Positions 32,953 to 49,140 of a DNA stretch of 53,912 bases are shown here, in pieces. Origin of the DNA: Comamonas sp. (GTDB lineage Bacteria > Pseudomonadota > Gammaproteobacteria > Burkholderiales > Burkholderiaceae_C); NCBI GenBank assembly GCA_019912745.1, contig JAIOIA010000159.1:1-53912 (forward strand). Reading direction: 5' to 3'. The notes under the pieces are model-generated. The model was given only the letters and a program-made list of their open reading frames with translations. It had not been told where the DNA came from and searched no databases. The position numbers were made by a program, and so were the translations under genes. The number at the start of each line of letters is the position of its first letter. Position 1 is the first letter of the stretch.

Positions 32953-33246
32953 TCAGAGAATTTCAATGGCGACGGCATGCGCGCCCATGGCGATGTAGTC
33001 GCGAAGCGCATCATACACAAGGCGGTGTTGCTCCACGCGGCGCTTGCCGTGCAGGGTGGCGGCTGCGATGCGCACGCGAAAGTGTGTGCCGTAACCCGTG
33101 CCGTTGGCGCCGGTGTGTCCTTCGTGCTGCCAGCTTTCGTCCAGCACTTCGAGCTGCGTGGGCTCGAAGACCGTTCGCAGATGGCTGTCGATGGCTTCGG
33201 CGGTGACGGCGTTGCCTGTGCCCGGCGGCGTGATGGTGGTGCTCAT
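32953..33246 (-). CDS. bolA: BolA family protein
   Basis: [37 protein letters not shown]. Confidence 0.9.
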   Translation of the reverse strand: MSTTITPPGTGNAVTAEAIDSHLRTVFEPTQLEVLDESWQHEGHTGANGTGYGTHFRVRIAAATLHGKRRVEQHRLVYDALRDYIAMGAHAVAIEIL

Positions 33247-33803
33247 GGTTGTGCGTCCTGGCGCGGCACGCTGGCGTCTTCTTCGACATAGCGCGAGAGA
33301 TACAGGGCCTGCGCGATGATGAAGACGACCATGAGGCCGAGGCTGCCGAAGAGTTTGAAATTGACCCAGGTGTCGGTATCGAAGGTGTAGGCTACCCAGA
33401 GGTTGATGGCGCCCATGGCCGTGAAGAACCCCGTCCACCCCCAGTTCAGGCGGGCCCAGATGGTGTCCGGCAGCGTGATCTGCGCGCCCATGAGGGTTTT
33501 GATGAAGTTCTTCTTCAAAATCAACTGCCCCACGAGCAGCGCCCCGCCCATGAGCCAGTAGAGCACGGTGGGCTTCCACTTGATGAAGGTCTCGCTGTGG
33601 GCCAGTAGCGTGGCTCCGCCGAACACCACGATCACACCCAGACTCAGCCACTGCATGGCATCGACCTTGCCGTGGCGCATGCGCATGTAGCCGATCTGCA
33701 CCACGGTGGCGGCGATGGCCACGGCGGTGGCGGTGTAGATGCCCCAGAACTTGAATGCTGCAAAGAACAGGATGATGGGGAAAAAATCGATCAGCAGCTT
33801 CAT
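33243..33803 (-). CDS. yciB: inner membrane septation protein A (IspZ/YciB)
   Basis: [33 protein letters not shown]. Confidence 0.94.
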   Translation of the reverse strand: MKLLIDFFPIILFFAAFKFWGIYTATAVAIAATVVQIGYMRMRHGKVDAMQWLSLGVIVVFGGATLLAHSETFIKWKPTVLYWLMGGALLVGQLILKKNFIKTLMGAQITLPDTIWARLNWGWTGFFTAMGAINLWVAYTFDTDTWVNFKLFGSLGLMVVFIIAQALYLSRYVEEDASVPRQDAQP

Positions 33804-34213
33804 CGCGAGGGAGGCTCGAAATCGAGCGAGGCGGAATTCATGCAGTATCGCAGACCGGTGGGGGCCGGCCCATCGTTGAAGACGTGGCCCAGGTGTGCGC
33901 CGCACTGCGCGCACACGGTTTCGGTGCGCCGCATGCCGAGGCTGTCATCCTCGATTTCGCGGATGGCGCCGGGGAGAGCCTCGGAAAAGCTGGGCCAGCC
34001 GCAGCCTGCATCGAACTTGGTGCCGGATTCGAACAGCTTCGCACCGCAGCAGATACAGTGGTAGCTGCCGTCCTCCCAGTGTCGTTCATATTTGCCGGAA
34101 AACGGGCGTTCGGTGGCGGCGTGGCGCGCGACCTGGTACGCGCCGGGCTCCGCGTTCTTGCTCGCGAGCAGCGCGCGCCACTCGTCTTCGGTCTTGGTGA
34201 TGGGAAAAATCAT
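33800..34213 (-). CDS. msrB: peptide-methionine (R)-S-oxide reductase
   Basis: TERPFSG, two Cxx[24 protein letters not shown]. Confidence 0.97.
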   Translation of the reverse strand: MIFPITKTEDEWRALLASKNAEPGAYQVARHAATERPFSGKYERHWEDGSYHCICCGAKLFESGTKFDAGCGWPSFSEALPGAIREIEDDSLGMRRTETVCAQCGAHLGHVFNDGPAPTGLRYCMNSASLDFEPPSR

Positions 34214-35676
34214 GAGGAACAGCTCAGGGAAAGGGTGCCTGCCCAGTCGGGCGGGAAACCGGCCCAGGCATCGTGGCCGGGGTGTTCATCGAAAGGATGC
34301 GCCAAAACGCGCTGCAGTGCTTGGACCGTGCTGAAGTCGCCGAGTTTCGCGTCGCGTATCGCGAGCTCGGCGAGGTGGTTGCGCAGCACGTATTGGGGAT
34401 TGGTTTTGAGCATCAAATCAGCCTCTGGCGCTTTCCCATCAAGCGCGAGCAGCTTCTCGAATGAGAGCAACCAGGTATCCCATGCCGCGCCGTCGATGAA
34501 CAACCCTCGCACTGGTGCATGGTCGCCACTGGCCGCCGCGTGCGACAGGCGACGCCAGAAGATCGGGTAATCGACCCGTTCGCTCGCGAGCAGCCGCAGC
34601 AGGTCGGCGATGCAGGCTTCGTCGCCTTCAAAGGCCGCGCGCAGTCCGAGCTTGGCGCGCATCCGGGCGAGGTAGGCGTCGTGGAACGCTGGCGTATAGG
34701 CCGCGATCACGGTCTGCGCGAGCGCGACGTCGGCGATCAGCGGCAGCAGCGCCCGTGCGAGACATGCGACATTCCAGTGGCCCACGCCGGGTTGCTCGTC
34801 AAAGGCGTAACGGCCGAGCGGGTCGCTGTGGTTGCAGATGTGGCGCGGGTCGTAGCCGTCCATGAACTGGAACGGTCCGTAGTCGAGCGTGAGGCCGAGG
34901 ATGCTCATGTTGTCGGTGTTCATCACGCCGTGCATGAAGCCGGCCGCCTGCCACCGCGCGATCAGGTGCGCGGTGCGCTCGCTGATCGCGCGCAGCAGGC
35001 CGGCGTAGGCATTGCCGCCCGTGCTGTCTGCGTCGCGGCATTCGGGGTAGTAGCGCTCGATGACGTAGTCGGCGAGCTGGCGCAGCTCTGTCGTCTGGCC
35101 TTGGGACGCGAACCATTCGAAGTGGCCGAAGCGGATGAAGCTGGGCGCGACGCGCGTGAGGACCGCGGCGGTTTCCGGTTCCTCGCGCTGAACGGGCAGG
35201 GGCGAGCCGATGAGCGCCAGCGCTCGCGTGGTCGGGATGCCCAAGCCATGCATGGCGGTGCTGGCCAGGAATTCGCGGATCGACGAGCGCAGCACGGCGC
35301 GCCCGTCGGCGCCGCGTGAATAGGGGGTACGCCCGCTCCCTTTGAGCTGGATTTCCTGCCCCTGCATGGTTTCTCCGAGCAGTACGGCACGGCCATCTCC
35401 CAGGCGCCCGGCCCAGATGCCGAACTGGTGGCCGCCGTAGACGCTGGCCCATGGCGTGCTGCCGGGCAGCACGGCGTTGCCGCTCAGGGCTTGCAGCGCC
35501 TCGTCGCTTTGCAGCCAGTGCGCGGGCAGGTGCAGCAGCGTGGCCACCGCGTCGTCGCGGGTGATCCAGTGGGGTTCGGGCAGTAGTGTGGGCGGCTGCG
35601 CGGTGCCGAAGGCCGGGCCGAGCGCACCATAGCCCTGGCGCCAGGCGATGGGAGCATGTGTGGCGGTGGTGGACAT
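34210..35676 (-). CDS. selO: protein adenylyltransferase SelO (YdiU family)
   Basis: YGGHQFG...[42 protein letters not shown]-terminal SCSS. Confidence 0.95.
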   Translation of the reverse strand: MSTTATHAPIAWRQGYGALGPAFGTAQPPTLLPEPHWITRDDAVATLLHLPAHWLQSDEALQALSGNAVLPGSTPWASVYGGHQFGIWAGRLGDGRAVLLGETMQGQEIQLKGSGRTPYSRGADGRAVLRSSIREFLASTAMHGLGIPTTRALALIGSPLPVQREEPETAAVLTRVAPSFIRFGHFEWFASQGQTTELRQLADYVIERYYPECRDADSTGGNAYAGLLRAISERTAHLIARWQAAGFMHGVMNTDNMSILGLTLDYGPFQFMDGYDPRHICNHSDPLGRYAFDEQPGVGHWNVACLARALLPLIADVALAQTVIAAYTPAFHDAYLARMRAKLGLRAAFEGDEACIADLLRLLASERVDYPIFWRRLSHAAASGDHAPVRGLFIDGAAWDTWLLSFEKLLALDGKAPEADLMLKTNPQYVLRNHLAELAIRDAKLGDFSTVQALQRVLAHPFDEHPGHDAWAGFPPDWAGTLSLSCSS

Positions 35677-35837
35677 GGGTGCATTGTGTGACCGGGCACG
35701 ATCACTGGTGGTGCGCGGGGTTGCTTTGTCCGGTAGGGGACAGATCACCCGCGCATCAGGGCTTGCCCGCTACGCGTCGGGGAGGGCGAGCGCTACCATC
35801 GTATGGTTCATTTCAATCAAAGTGATAAGGAGCCATC

Positions 35838-37481
35838 ATGCTGCTGGGACAGATGCAGAACCAACCCCTGCTCATCTCGATGTTGATCGATTTCGCTGAA
35901 CGCCACCATGGCGACGGCGAGATCGTCTCGCGCCGGGTCGAGGGCGACATTCATCGCTACACCTACCGCGATCTGGCACGGCGCTCCAAGAAGCTGGCCA
36001 ATGCGCTGCAGGCCAGCGGCACGGAGCAGGGGGATCGCATCGCTTCCATCGCCTGGAATGGCTACCGCCACATGGAGCTGTACTTCGGCGTGGCCGGCTC
36101 GGGGCGCGTGATGCATACGCTCAACCCGCGCCTGCATCCGACGCAGTTGGTGTGGATCGTGAACCACGCCGAGGACAAGGTGGTGTGCTTTGACGCCACC
36201 TTCCTGCCGCTGGTGCAGGCGGTGCACGCCAAGTGCCCGACGGTCAAGAGCTGGGTGCTGCTGTGCGACGCGGACAAGCTGCCGGCGGACAGTGGCATTC
36301 CGGGCCTGACGAGCTACGAGGCCTGGATCGCCGGTGCCTCCGACGAGTACGCCTGGCCGCAGTTCGACGAGAACACGGCGGCCGGCCTGTGCTACACCAG
36401 CGGGACCACGGGCGACCCCAAGGGCGCGCTCTACAGCCACCGCTCCACGGTGCTGCATGCCTACGGCGGCGCGTTGCCCGACGCGCTCAATCTGTCGGCG
36501 CGCGACTCGATGATGCCGGTGGTGCCGATGTTCCACGTCAACGCCTGGGGCCTGCCCTATGGCGCCGCACTCACGGGCTGCAAGGTAGTGTTTCCCGGTC
36601 CGGCGATGGACGGCAAGTCGATCTACGAGCTGATGGAAGCCGAGGAAGTCACGATGGCCGCGGGCGTGCCGACGATCTGGCAGATGCTGCTCGGGCACCT
36701 GCAGGCGGGCGGGCTGAAGTTCTCGACGCTCAAGCGCACGGTCATCGGCGGTTCGGCCTGCCCGCCAACGATGATCGACACCTTCCGCGACACTTATGGC
36801 GTGGACGTGCTGCACGCCTGGGGCATGACGGAGACCAGCCCGTTGGGGACGGTGTGCACGCTCAAGAACAAGCAGCTGCACCTGCCGGCCGAGCAGCAAC
36901 TGGCTATCCGCACCAAGCAGGGGCGCGCGATCTTCGGCATCGACATGAAGATCGTGGGCGACAACGGCCAGGACCAGCCCTGGGACGGCAAGACCTATGG
37001 CGACCTGCTGGTGCGTGGCCCGTGGATCATGGACCACTACTTCAAGGTGGAAGGCAGCCCGCTCATCAAGGATGCCCAGGGTCGCGGCTGGTTTCCGACC
37101 GGGGATGTGGCGACGATCGACGCCGACGGCTTCATGCAGATCACCGACCGCAGCAAGGACGTGATCAAATCCGGCGGCGAGTGGATCAGTTCGATCGACA
37201 TCGAGAACATCGCCATGGCGCATCCGGCCGTGGCCATGGCCGCGTGCGTGGGCATGCCGCACCCCAAGTGGGACGAGCGCCCCGTCATCGCCGTGGTCAG
37301 GAAGCCGGACGCCGATCTCACGCGGGATGGGCTGCTCAAGTTCTACGAAGGCAAGATCGCCAAGTGGCAGATTCCGGACGATGTGGTCTTCGTCGAGGCC
37401 ATCCCGCTGGGGGCCACCGGCAAGATGCAGAAGAGCAAGCTGCGCGAACAGCTCAAGGGCTACAAGCTGCCGGGGCTCTGA
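35838..37481 (+). CDS. acyl-CoA synthetase, AlkK/DmdB-like (medium-chain fatty acid or 3-methylthiopropionate CoA ligase)
   Basis: [51 protein letters not shown]. Confidence 0.9.
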   Translation: MLLGQMQNQPLLISMLIDFAERHHGDGEIVSRRVEGDIHRYTYRDLARRSKKLANALQASGTEQGDRIASIAWNGYRHMELYFGVAGSGRVMHTLNPRLHPTQLVWIVNHAEDKVVCFDATFLPLVQAVHAKCPTVKSWVLLCDADKLPADSGIPGLTSYEAWIAGASDEYAWPQFDENTAAGLCYTSGTTGDPKGALYSHRSTVLHAYGGALPDALNLSARDSMMPVVPMFHVNAWGLPYGAALTGCKVVFPGPAMDGKSIYELMEAEEVTMAAGVPTIWQMLLGHLQAGGLKFSTLKRTVIGGSACPPTMIDTFRDTYGVDVLHAWGMTETSPLGTVCTLKNKQLHLPAEQQLAIRTKQGRAIFGIDMKIVGDNGQDQPWDGKTYGDLLVRGPWIMDHYFKVEGSPLIKDAQGRGWFPTGDVATIDADGFMQITDRSKDVIKSGGEWISSIDIENIAMAHPAVAMAACVGMPHPKWDERPVIAVVRKPDADLTRDGLLKFYEGKIAKWQIPDDVVFVEAIPLGATGKMQKSKLREQLKGYKLPGL

Positions 37482-37612
37482 ATCGCGCATGAAGAGCGCC
37501 GATGCAGTCATGTAGGTGACTGGATCGGCGCCGGAACCCGGGCAAACCCTGAACGCTTGTTTCGTGGTCTCTTGTAGGCTATGGCGCAATGCCAACACCC
37601 CAAGGAGATTTG

Positions 37613-38851
37613 ATGCGTTTCACTATCAAAACAATGGCTGCCTGCACCGCACTGGTGTGCGCTGGCGGCGCTTTTGCTCAAAGTGGCCAGACGGTCAAGA
37701 TCGCCATGATCGAGGGGCTTTCCGGGCCCATGGGCAATGTCGGCACCAACCAGTTCAAGAGCTGGCAGTACGTGGCGGCGCACCTGAACGCCCGGGAAAA
37801 TCCCGCGGGCGTGAAGTTCGAGATTGTGCCCATGGACAGCAAGAGCTCGCCGCAGGAGGCGATCAACCTGCTCAAGGCCGCGGTCGATCAGGGCATCCAC
37901 TACGTCGCGCAGGGCAATGGCTCCAACGTCGCGCTGCCGCTGGCGGACGCCGTGGCCAAGAGCAACGAGCGCAACCCCGGCAAGGAAGTCATCTACATGA
38001 ACTATGCGGCGGTCGATCCTGCATCGACCAACGAGAAGTGCAACTACTGGCACTTCCGTTTCGACGCCGATACGTCGATGAAGATGGCCGCGCTCACCAA
38101 CTTCATGAAGGGCCAGGGCGAGATCCACAACGTGTATCTGGTCAACCAGAACTATTCGCATGGCCATCAGGTGGCCAAGTACTTCAAGGAAGGCATCGAG
38201 CGCAACCGCCCCGACGTGAAGATCGTCGGCGAGGACTATGTGGCGCTCGGCCAGGTCAAGGACTTCGCGCCCTATGTGGCCAAGATGAAGGCCGCGGGCG
38301 CCGACACGCTGGTGACGGGCAGCTGGGGGCAGGACTTCACCCTGCTGGTCAAGGCCATGAACGACGCGGGCCTGAACATCCCGATCTATGCCTACTATGC
38401 TGGGGTCTCGGGCACGCCCACTGCGCTCGCGCAGGGCAAGATCGCCGAGGTCTACCAGATCGCCTACAACCACTCCAACTACCCCGGCCGCATGGGTGAG
38501 CTGATGAAGGGGTTCAAGGCGCAGTACAACGACGATTTCTACACCTTCTCGGTCTACAACGCGCTGGTGGCCCTCTCGGACGCGATGGCCAAGACCAAGT
38601 CCACCGACCCGGTGAAGGTGGCCGCCGCGCTCGAAGGCCTGCGCTTCGACGGATTCAACGGCGAGGCGCAGATGCGCGCCACCGACCATCAGTTGCAGCT
38701 GGGCATGTGGATCTCCAAGTGGCAGAAGGTCGATGCCAAGAACAGCTACAGCGTGGAGAACACCGGCTACACCTTCGCGCCGGTCAAATACCTCGAGCCC
38801 TACATCGCCAGCACCCCCACGAGTTGCCAGATGAAGCGCCCGGGCAAGTAA
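37613..38851 (+). CDS. LIV/HAAT-family ABC transporter substrate-binding protein
   Basis: Signal peptide ending AFA; VKIAMIEGLSG, QGNGS, DFAPYVAKMKAAGAD; AAGGAG upstream. Confidence 0.9.
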   Translation: MRFTIKTMAACTALVCAGGAFAQSGQTVKIAMIEGLSGPMGNVGTNQFKSWQYVAAHLNARENPAGVKFEIVPMDSKSSPQEAINLLKAAVDQGIHYVAQGNGSNVALPLADAVAKSNERNPGKEVIYMNYAAVDPASTNEKCNYWHFRFDADTSMKMAALTNFMKGQGEIHNVYLVNQNYSHGHQVAKYFKEGIERNRPDVKIVGEDYVALGQVKDFAPYVAKMKAAGADTLVTGSWGQDFTLLVKAMNDAGLNIPIYAYYAGVSGTPTALAQGKIAEVYQIAYNHSNYPGRMGELMKGFKAQYNDDFYTFSVYNALVALSDAMAKTKSTDPVKVAAALEGLRFDGFNGEAQMRATDHQLQLGMWISKWQKVDAKNSYSVENTGYTFAPVKYLEPYIASTPTSCQMKRPGK

Positions 38852-38933
38852 GCGCCTGCCACGAACCGCCGATGCCGGGCGGCGGGGCCTGGCGGTCGGC
38901 GCCGCGTGTCATCTTGCTGCCTCGGGAGGGCAG

Positions 38934-39881
38934 ATGGAATTTTTCACGATCTCGTTGCTCAACGGACTGAGCTACGGGCTGATGCTGTTCATGCTCAGCT
39001 CTGGCCTCACGCTCATCTTCAGCATGATGGGTGTGCTCAATTTCGCGCACGCAAGCTTCTACATGCTGGGCGCGTATTTCGCCTTCGCGCTGTCGCAGTC
39101 CCTGGGCTACTGGCCCGCGCTCGTGATCGCACCGCTGGCCGTCGGGCTGGTCGGGGCGGCATTCGAGCAGCTGTGCCTGCGCCGCGTGCACAAGTGGGGG
39201 CACGTGCCCGAGCTGCTCATCACCTTCGGCCTCTCGTATCTGGTGCTCGAGGTGGTGCAGCTCATCTGGGGGCGCAACGTCGTGCCCTATGGCCTGCCCG
39301 ATCAACTGCAGGGGCCGCTGTTCACGCTGTATGGCACGCAGTTCCCGAAGTCGCGCGCCTTCGTGATGCTGGTGGCCGTGCTGATGCTGGGCGGCATCTG
39401 GCTGGTGCTTCAGCGCACGCGCATCGGTCTCGTGATCCAGGCGGCGCTCACGCACCCGGACACGGTGCAGGCGCTGGGGCACAACGTGCCGCGCGTGTTC
39501 ATGCTGGTGTTTGGCGGCGGTGCGGCGCTGGCCGCGCTCGCGGGCGTGGTGGCGGGCAACACCTACGTGACCGAGCCGGCCATGGCCTATGCCGTGGGTT
39601 CCATCATCTTCGTGGTGGTGGTCGTGGGCGGCATGGGGTCTCTGGCCGGGGCCTTTCTGGCGTCCATCCTCATCGGCGTGGTGCAGACCTTCGCGGTGGC
39701 CATTGACGTCTCGCTGGCCGATCTGCTGGGCGCCGCCGGGCTCAAGGTGGCCAGCGGCAATCCGATGGAGCAGGCGCTGCGCCTGACCGTGGCGCAGGTG
39801 GCGCCCATGCTGCCCTACCTGTTCATGGTGCTGATCCTCATCTTCCGCCCGCGCGGACTCATGGGCACGCGGGAGGATTGA
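38934..39881 (+). CDS. LIV-type ABC transporter permease (LivH-like)
   Basis: GLTLIFSMMGVLNFAH, VVVVVGGMGSLAGA, RPRGLMG. Confidence 0.92.
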   Translation: MEFFTISLLNGLSYGLMLFMLSSGLTLIFSMMGVLNFAHASFYMLGAYFAFALSQSLGYWPALVIAPLAVGLVGAAFEQLCLRRVHKWGHVPELLITFGLSYLVLEVVQLIWGRNVVPYGLPDQLQGPLFTLYGTQFPKSRAFVMLVAVLMLGGIWLVLQRTRIGLVIQAALTHPDTVQALGHNVPRVFMLVFGGGAALAALAGVVAGNTYVTEPAMAYAVGSIIFVVVVVGGMGSLAGAFLASILIGVVQTFAVAIDVSLADLLGAAGLKVASGNPMEQALRLTVAQVAPMLPYLFMVLILIFRPRGLMGTRED

Positions 39882-39882
39882 C

Positions 39883-41172
39883 ATGAGCGCTTCAACGATG
39901 ACGACCGCTCGCGGGCGCTGGCTTGCCTGGGGCGGACTGGCGGCGGCGCTGATCGCGGCACCGTGGATATTTCGCAGCAGCCTGGCGCTGAACATGCTCT
40001 CGCAGATGGGTTATCTCATCATCATCTGCCTGTCCTACAACCTGCTGCTGGGGCAGGGCGGGATGCTGAGCTTCGGTCACGCGGTGTTCACGGGCCTGGG
40101 CGGCTACGCGGCGGTGGCGGCGATCGGCTATGTCGATGGCCACGGCGTCGCGTTTCCGCTGGTGCTGATGCCGTTGGTCGGCGGCCTCATGGGCGCGCTG
40201 GTGTCGGTGCCGCTGGGCTATGTTTCAACCCGCAAGGCAGGCACCACGTTCGCCATGATTTCGCTCGGCATCGGCGAGTTGGTGGTGGCGTTTGCCATCA
40301 TGCTGCCGGATCTGTTCGGTGGCGATGGCGGCATCTCGATCAATCGCACCTACGGCAAACCTTGGGGGGGCATCACTTTCGGCCCGCAAATCCAGCTGTA
40401 CTACCTGATCGCGGCCTACTGCTTCATCTGCACCGCGCTGATGTACGCCTTCACCGCGACGCCGCTCGGGCGCATGCTCAACGCCGTGCGCGACAACCCC
40501 GAACGTGCGCAGTTCGTCGGCTACAACACCCAGCTCGTGCGCTGGTACAGCTTCATCATCGCCGGCTTCTTCGCGGGTGTGGGCGGGGCGCTGAGCACGA
40601 TCAACTTCGAAATCTTCAACGCCGCCGATTCATTGAGCGGCATGCGCTCGGGCGCCTATCTGCTGTTCACCTTCCTGGGTGGTGTGACCTTCTTCTTCGG
40701 GCCGATGATAGGCGCGGTGCTGATGGTGCTGTGCACCGTGCTGCTGTCGGAACTCACAGCCGCGTGGCTCCTGTACCTGGGCCTGGTCTTCGTGCTGATG
40801 ATCATGTATGCGCCCGGCGGCGTGGCCAGCCTCATCATGATGAATGTGCGAATGGCGCGCGCGGGCAAGCTCGGGCGCTTTGCGGGGCTGTATGGCGCGC
40901 TGGTGCTGGCTTGCGCGCTGCTGATGCTGGGCACGTCGGCGCTGATCGAGATGATCTACCACATGCAGCTCAACGCCGCGGTCGGCTCGGAGGTGAAATA
41001 CCTTGGCATGCGGCTCGACGCCGCCACGGTTGCGCCGTGGCTGGGTGCGGTGGTGGTCGCGCTCATCGGTGCACTGGCGGTGCACCAGGTGGGCCGGCGC
41101 TTTGCGCACGCCTGGGGCAAGGCACAGGAAGAGATCGAGGCCGGGCTGCAGCACGGGGGGCAAGCGGCATGA
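39883..41172 (+). CDS. LIV-type ABC transporter permease (LivM-like)
   Basis: YNLLLGQGGMLSFGH, GRMLNAVRDNPERA, APGGVAS. Confidence 0.92.
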   Translation: MSASTMTTARGRWLAWGGLAAALIAAPWIFRSSLALNMLSQMGYLIIICLSYNLLLGQGGMLSFGHAVFTGLGGYAAVAAIGYVDGHGVAFPLVLMPLVGGLMGALVSVPLGYVSTRKAGTTFAMISLGIGELVVAFAIMLPDLFGGDGGISINRTYGKPWGGITFGPQIQLYYLIAAYCFICTALMYAFTATPLGRMLNAVRDNPERAQFVGYNTQLVRWYSFIIAGFFAGVGGALSTINFEIFNAADSLSGMRSGAYLLFTFLGGVTFFFGPMIGAVLMVLCTVLLSELTAAWLLYLGLVFVLMIMYAPGGVASLIMMNVRMARAGKLGRFAGLYGALVLACALLMLGTSALIEMIYHMQLNAAVGSEVKYLGMRLDAATVAPWLGAVVVALIGALAVHQVGRRFAHAWGKAQEEIEAGLQHGGQAA

Positions 41173-41939
41173 CCTGTGCGCTCGAACTGAAAAACCTCTG
41201 CAAGAGCTTCGGCAAGACCGAGATCATTCGCGGTGCCAATCTGGCCGTGCGCGCGGGCGAGCGCGTGGCCATCATCGGTCCGAACGGCGCGGGCAAATCC
41301 ACCTTGTTCAATCTCATCAGCGGGCGCCTGGCGCCCACGAGTGGCGAAGTGTTGCTCAACGGCACGCGCATCGATGGCAAAAAGCCGTTCGAGATCAACC
41401 GACTCGGGCTCTCGCGCAGCTTTCAGATCACCAACATCTTCCCGCGCCTGAGCGTGTTCGAGAACCTGCGCTGCGCCGTGCTCTGGAGCCTCGGTTATCG
41501 CTATACCTTCCTGCGTTTTCTCTCCAGCCTGCACGATGCGAACGCACGCGCCGACGAACTGGTGGCGCAGGTCGGCCTTGTGGCCAAGCGCGATGTGCAG
41601 GCGGTCAACCTCACCTATGCAGAACAGCGGGCGCTGGAGATCGGCATCACCATCGCGGGCGGCGCGCAAGTGATCCTGCTCGACGAGCCCACGGCCGGCA
41701 TGAGCACGACCGAGACCGCCCACTTCATTGCGCTGATTCGCGAGGTGACCGAGGGCAAGACCCTGCTCACCGTGGAGCATGACATGGGCGTGGTGTTCGG
41801 TCTGGCCGACAGGATCGCCGTGGTCGTCTACGGCGAGGTGATCGCGTTCGACACCCCCGAGGCGATCCGCGCCAACGTGCGCGTGCAGGAGGCCTATCTG
41901 GGCTCCAGCGTAGCCGAGGCGCAGGAAGGGGCGCACTGA
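41169..41939 (+). CDS. LIV-type ABC transporter ATP-binding protein (LivG-like)
   Basis: GPNGAGKST, LLDEPTAGM, VEHDM, VQEAYLG; ATG 41169 overlaps the previous stop. Confidence 0.93.
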   Translation: MTCALELKNLCKSFGKTEIIRGANLAVRAGERVAIIGPNGAGKSTLFNLISGRLAPTSGEVLLNGTRIDGKKPFEINRLGLSRSFQITNIFPRLSVFENLRCAVLWSLGYRYTFLRFLSSLHDANARADELVAQVGLVAKRDVQAVNLTYAEQRALEIGITIAGGAQVILLDEPTAGMSTTETAHFIALIREVTEGKTLLTVEHDMGVVFGLADRIAVVVYGEVIAFDTPEAIRANVRVQEAYLGSSVAEAQEGAH

Positions 41940-42634
41940 TGCTGAACATTCAGGGCCTTCATGCCTGGTACGGCAAGAGCCATGTGCTGCACGGCGTGAA
42001 TTTCACGGTGCGCCAGGGGGAGATCGTCGCGCTGCTCGGGCGCAATGGCTCGGGGCGCTCCACCTGCGCCAAGGCTGTCATGGGCATGGTGCATGCCGAG
42101 GGCAGCGTGCGTTTCAAGGATCAGGAGCTGCTGGGCCACAAGTCGTTCGAGATCGCGCACCTGGGTCTGGGCTATGTGCCGGAAAGCCGTGACGTTTTCC
42201 CGCGCCTGACGGTGCAGCAGAACCTGCTGCTGGGGCGCAAGGGCAGCGGGCGCGGCAGCCGCTGGGCCCTGGAGGACATGTATGCGATGTTCCCGCGCCT
42301 GAAGGAACGCTGCGCGATCGAGGCGGGGCTGCTCTCGGGCGGCGAGCAGCAGATGCTCACCCTGTGCCGCACGCTCATGGGCGACCCGGACTGCATCCTG
42401 ATCGACGAGCCGACCGAGGGCCTCGCGCCCAAGATCGTCGAGCAGGTGGGGCAGTACCTCACGCGGCTCAAGGAGCGCGGGATCGCGGTGCTGCTCATCG
42501 AGCAGAAGCTGACGATTGCGATGGATATTTCGGACCGCGTGCTCGTCATGGGGCACGGCGCCATCGTCTTCGAAGGCACCCCCGACGCCCTGCGTGCGAA
42601 TGCGCAGGTGCGAAAGGAGTGGCTGGAAGTCTGA
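41939..42634 (+). CDS. LIV-type ABC transporter ATP-binding protein (LivF-like)
   Basis: GRNGSGRST, LSGGEQQML, LIDEPTEGLAP. Confidence 0.93.
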   Translation: MLNIQGLHAWYGKSHVLHGVNFTVRQGEIVALLGRNGSGRSTCAKAVMGMVHAEGSVRFKDQELLGHKSFEIAHLGLGYVPESRDVFPRLTVQQNLLLGRKGSGRGSRWALEDMYAMFPRLKERCAIEAGLLSGGEQQMLTLCRTLMGDPDCILIDEPTEGLAPKIVEQVGQYLTRLKERGIAVLLIEQKLTIAMDISDRVLVMGHGAIVFEGTPDALRANAQVRKEWLEV

Positions 42635-42743
42635 TCCGAATTTGCCTTCGATCGTCCCGCTTTGTGGGTTCGCCTTGCCGTGCGGCCGCACGGTTTCCGG
42701 CTTCCCGCCTCGTCATCCGAGACCGGATGCAAATCCGTAAAGC

Positions 42744-44225
42744 CTAGCGCGGCAGCGTGGTGGTGCCCATCAGGTATTTGTCCACCGCGCGCGCCGCCTG
42801 GCGGCCTTCGCGGATGGCCCAGACCACCAGGCTCTGGCCGCGGCGCATGTCACCGGCGGCGAAGACGCCCTTGGCGTTGGTCTTGTAGCCCAGGGAATCG
42901 TCCACGCTGGCACGCGCGTTGCCACGCGCGTCGCGCTCCACGCCCAAGGCATCGAGCAGCGTGGTCGTGGGCCCGGTGAAGCCCATGGCCAGCAGCACGA
43001 GATCGGCCGGCCAGTCCTTCTCGGTGCCCGGAATTTCGGTGGGCTTGCCACCCTTGATTTCGATCTGCACGGTCTTGAGCGCCTTGACGGCGTTGCCGCG
43101 GCCGCCGCCCACGAACCCCTGGGTGGAGATGGCGAACTCGCGCTGCACGCCTTCGGCGTGGCTGTCGCTGGTGCGCAGCTTGATCGGCCAGTAGGGCCAG
43201 GTGAGTTCCTTGTTTTCTTGCAGCGGCGGCATGGGCATGAGCTCGAACTGCGTCACGCTTGTGGCGCCCTGGCGGTTGCAGGTGCCGACGCAGTCGCTGC
43301 CGGTGTCGCCCCCGCCGATCACGATGACGTGCTTGCCCTTGGCTGAAATCGCGTCCTTGACCTTGTCGCCCGCGTCAGCGCGGTTTTGCTGCGGCAGCAA
43401 TTGCATGGCGAAGTGGATGCCGCGCAGCTCGCGCCCGGGCACCGGCAGGTCGCGCGACTGTTCGGCGCCGCAGGTGAGCAGCACGGCGTCGAATTCTTCG
43501 AGCAACTGGTCGGCGGAGATCGTCTCGCGCGACAGGTTGGTGATCGTGGTGCCCACACCCTCGCTGGGCATGCCGCCCACCAGCACGCCGGTGCGAAAGC
43601 TCACGCCTTCGCCCTGCATTTGCGCGATGCGCCGGTCGATGTGCGATTTTTCGAGCTTGAAATCCGGAATGCCGTAGCGCAGCAGGCCGCCGATGCGGTC
43701 GTTCTTCTCGAACACCGTGACCTCGTGCCCCGCGCGCCCAAGCTGCTGCGCCGCCGCCAGCCCCGCAGGCCCGGAGCCGACCACCGCCACGCGCTTGCCG
43801 CTCTTGCGCGGTGCCGGTCGCGAGACCACCCAGCCCTCGGCCCAGGCACGGTCGATGATCGCGCGCTCCAGCGACTTGATGCCCACGGGCTCGCTGTTGA
43901 TGTTGAGTGTGCAGGCGACTTCGCAGGGCGCGGGGCAGATGCGGCCGGTGAACTCGGGGAAGTTGTTGGTGGAGTCGAGCACCAGAAAAGCGTTTTTCCA
44001 GTCGCCCCGGTAGACCAGATCGTTGAAATCCGGAATGATGTTGTTGACCGGGCAGCCGTTGCTGCAGAACGGGATGCCGCAGTCCATGCAGCGCGCCGCC
44101 TGCTGGCGCGCCTGCGATTCGGTCAGGGTGGTGACGAATTCGTGAAAGTGCGTGACGCGCTCGGCGACCGGCGCGTGCGGTTCCTCGACGCGGTCGAATT
44201 CCAGAAAGCCAGTGATCTTGCCCAT
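42744..44225 (-). CDS. gltD: glutamate synthase small (beta) subunit
   Basis: [61 protein letters not shown]. Confidence 0.96.
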   Translation of the reverse strand: MGKITGFLEFDRVEEPHAPVAERVTHFHEFVTTLTESQARQQAARCMDCGIPFCSNGCPVNNIIPDFNDLVYRGDWKNAFLVLDSTNNFPEFTGRICPAPCEVACTLNINSEPVGIKSLERAIIDRAWAEGWVVSRPAPRKSGKRVAVVGSGPAGLAAAQQLGRAGHEVTVFEKNDRIGGLLRYGIPDFKLEKSHIDRRIAQMQGEGVSFRTGVLVGGMPSEGVGTTITNLSRETISADQLLEEFDAVLLTCGAEQSRDLPVPGRELRGIHFAMQLLPQQNRADAGDKVKDAISAKGKHVIVIGGGDTGSDCVGTCNRQGATSVTQFELMPMPPLQENKELTWPYWPIKLRTSDSHAEGVQREFAISTQGFVGGGRGNAVKALKTVQIEIKGGKPTEIPGTEKDWPADLVLLAMGFTGPTTTLLDALGVERDARGNARASVDDSLGYKTNAKGVFAAGDMRRGQSLVVWAIREGRQAARAVDKYLMGTTTLPR

Positions 44226-44273
44226 GGTGAGTGTCCTGTTGCGTGTGTCTTTGTTTTGAAAACCGGGGCCCGC

Positions 44274-49067
<4,794 letters not shown>

Positions 49068-49140
49068 GATGGACTCCGGCAATGACTGACTTGACAGTGA
49101 GGCTAACACTCGCCGAATCGCATCACAAGAACAATAAAAC

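Noticed and set aside
34205-34225. Selenocysteine read-through at the SelO C-terminus
   Set aside because: The protein ends in the usual bacterial Cys form (SCSS) and its TGA overlaps the msrB start (ATGA). No SECIS is evident.
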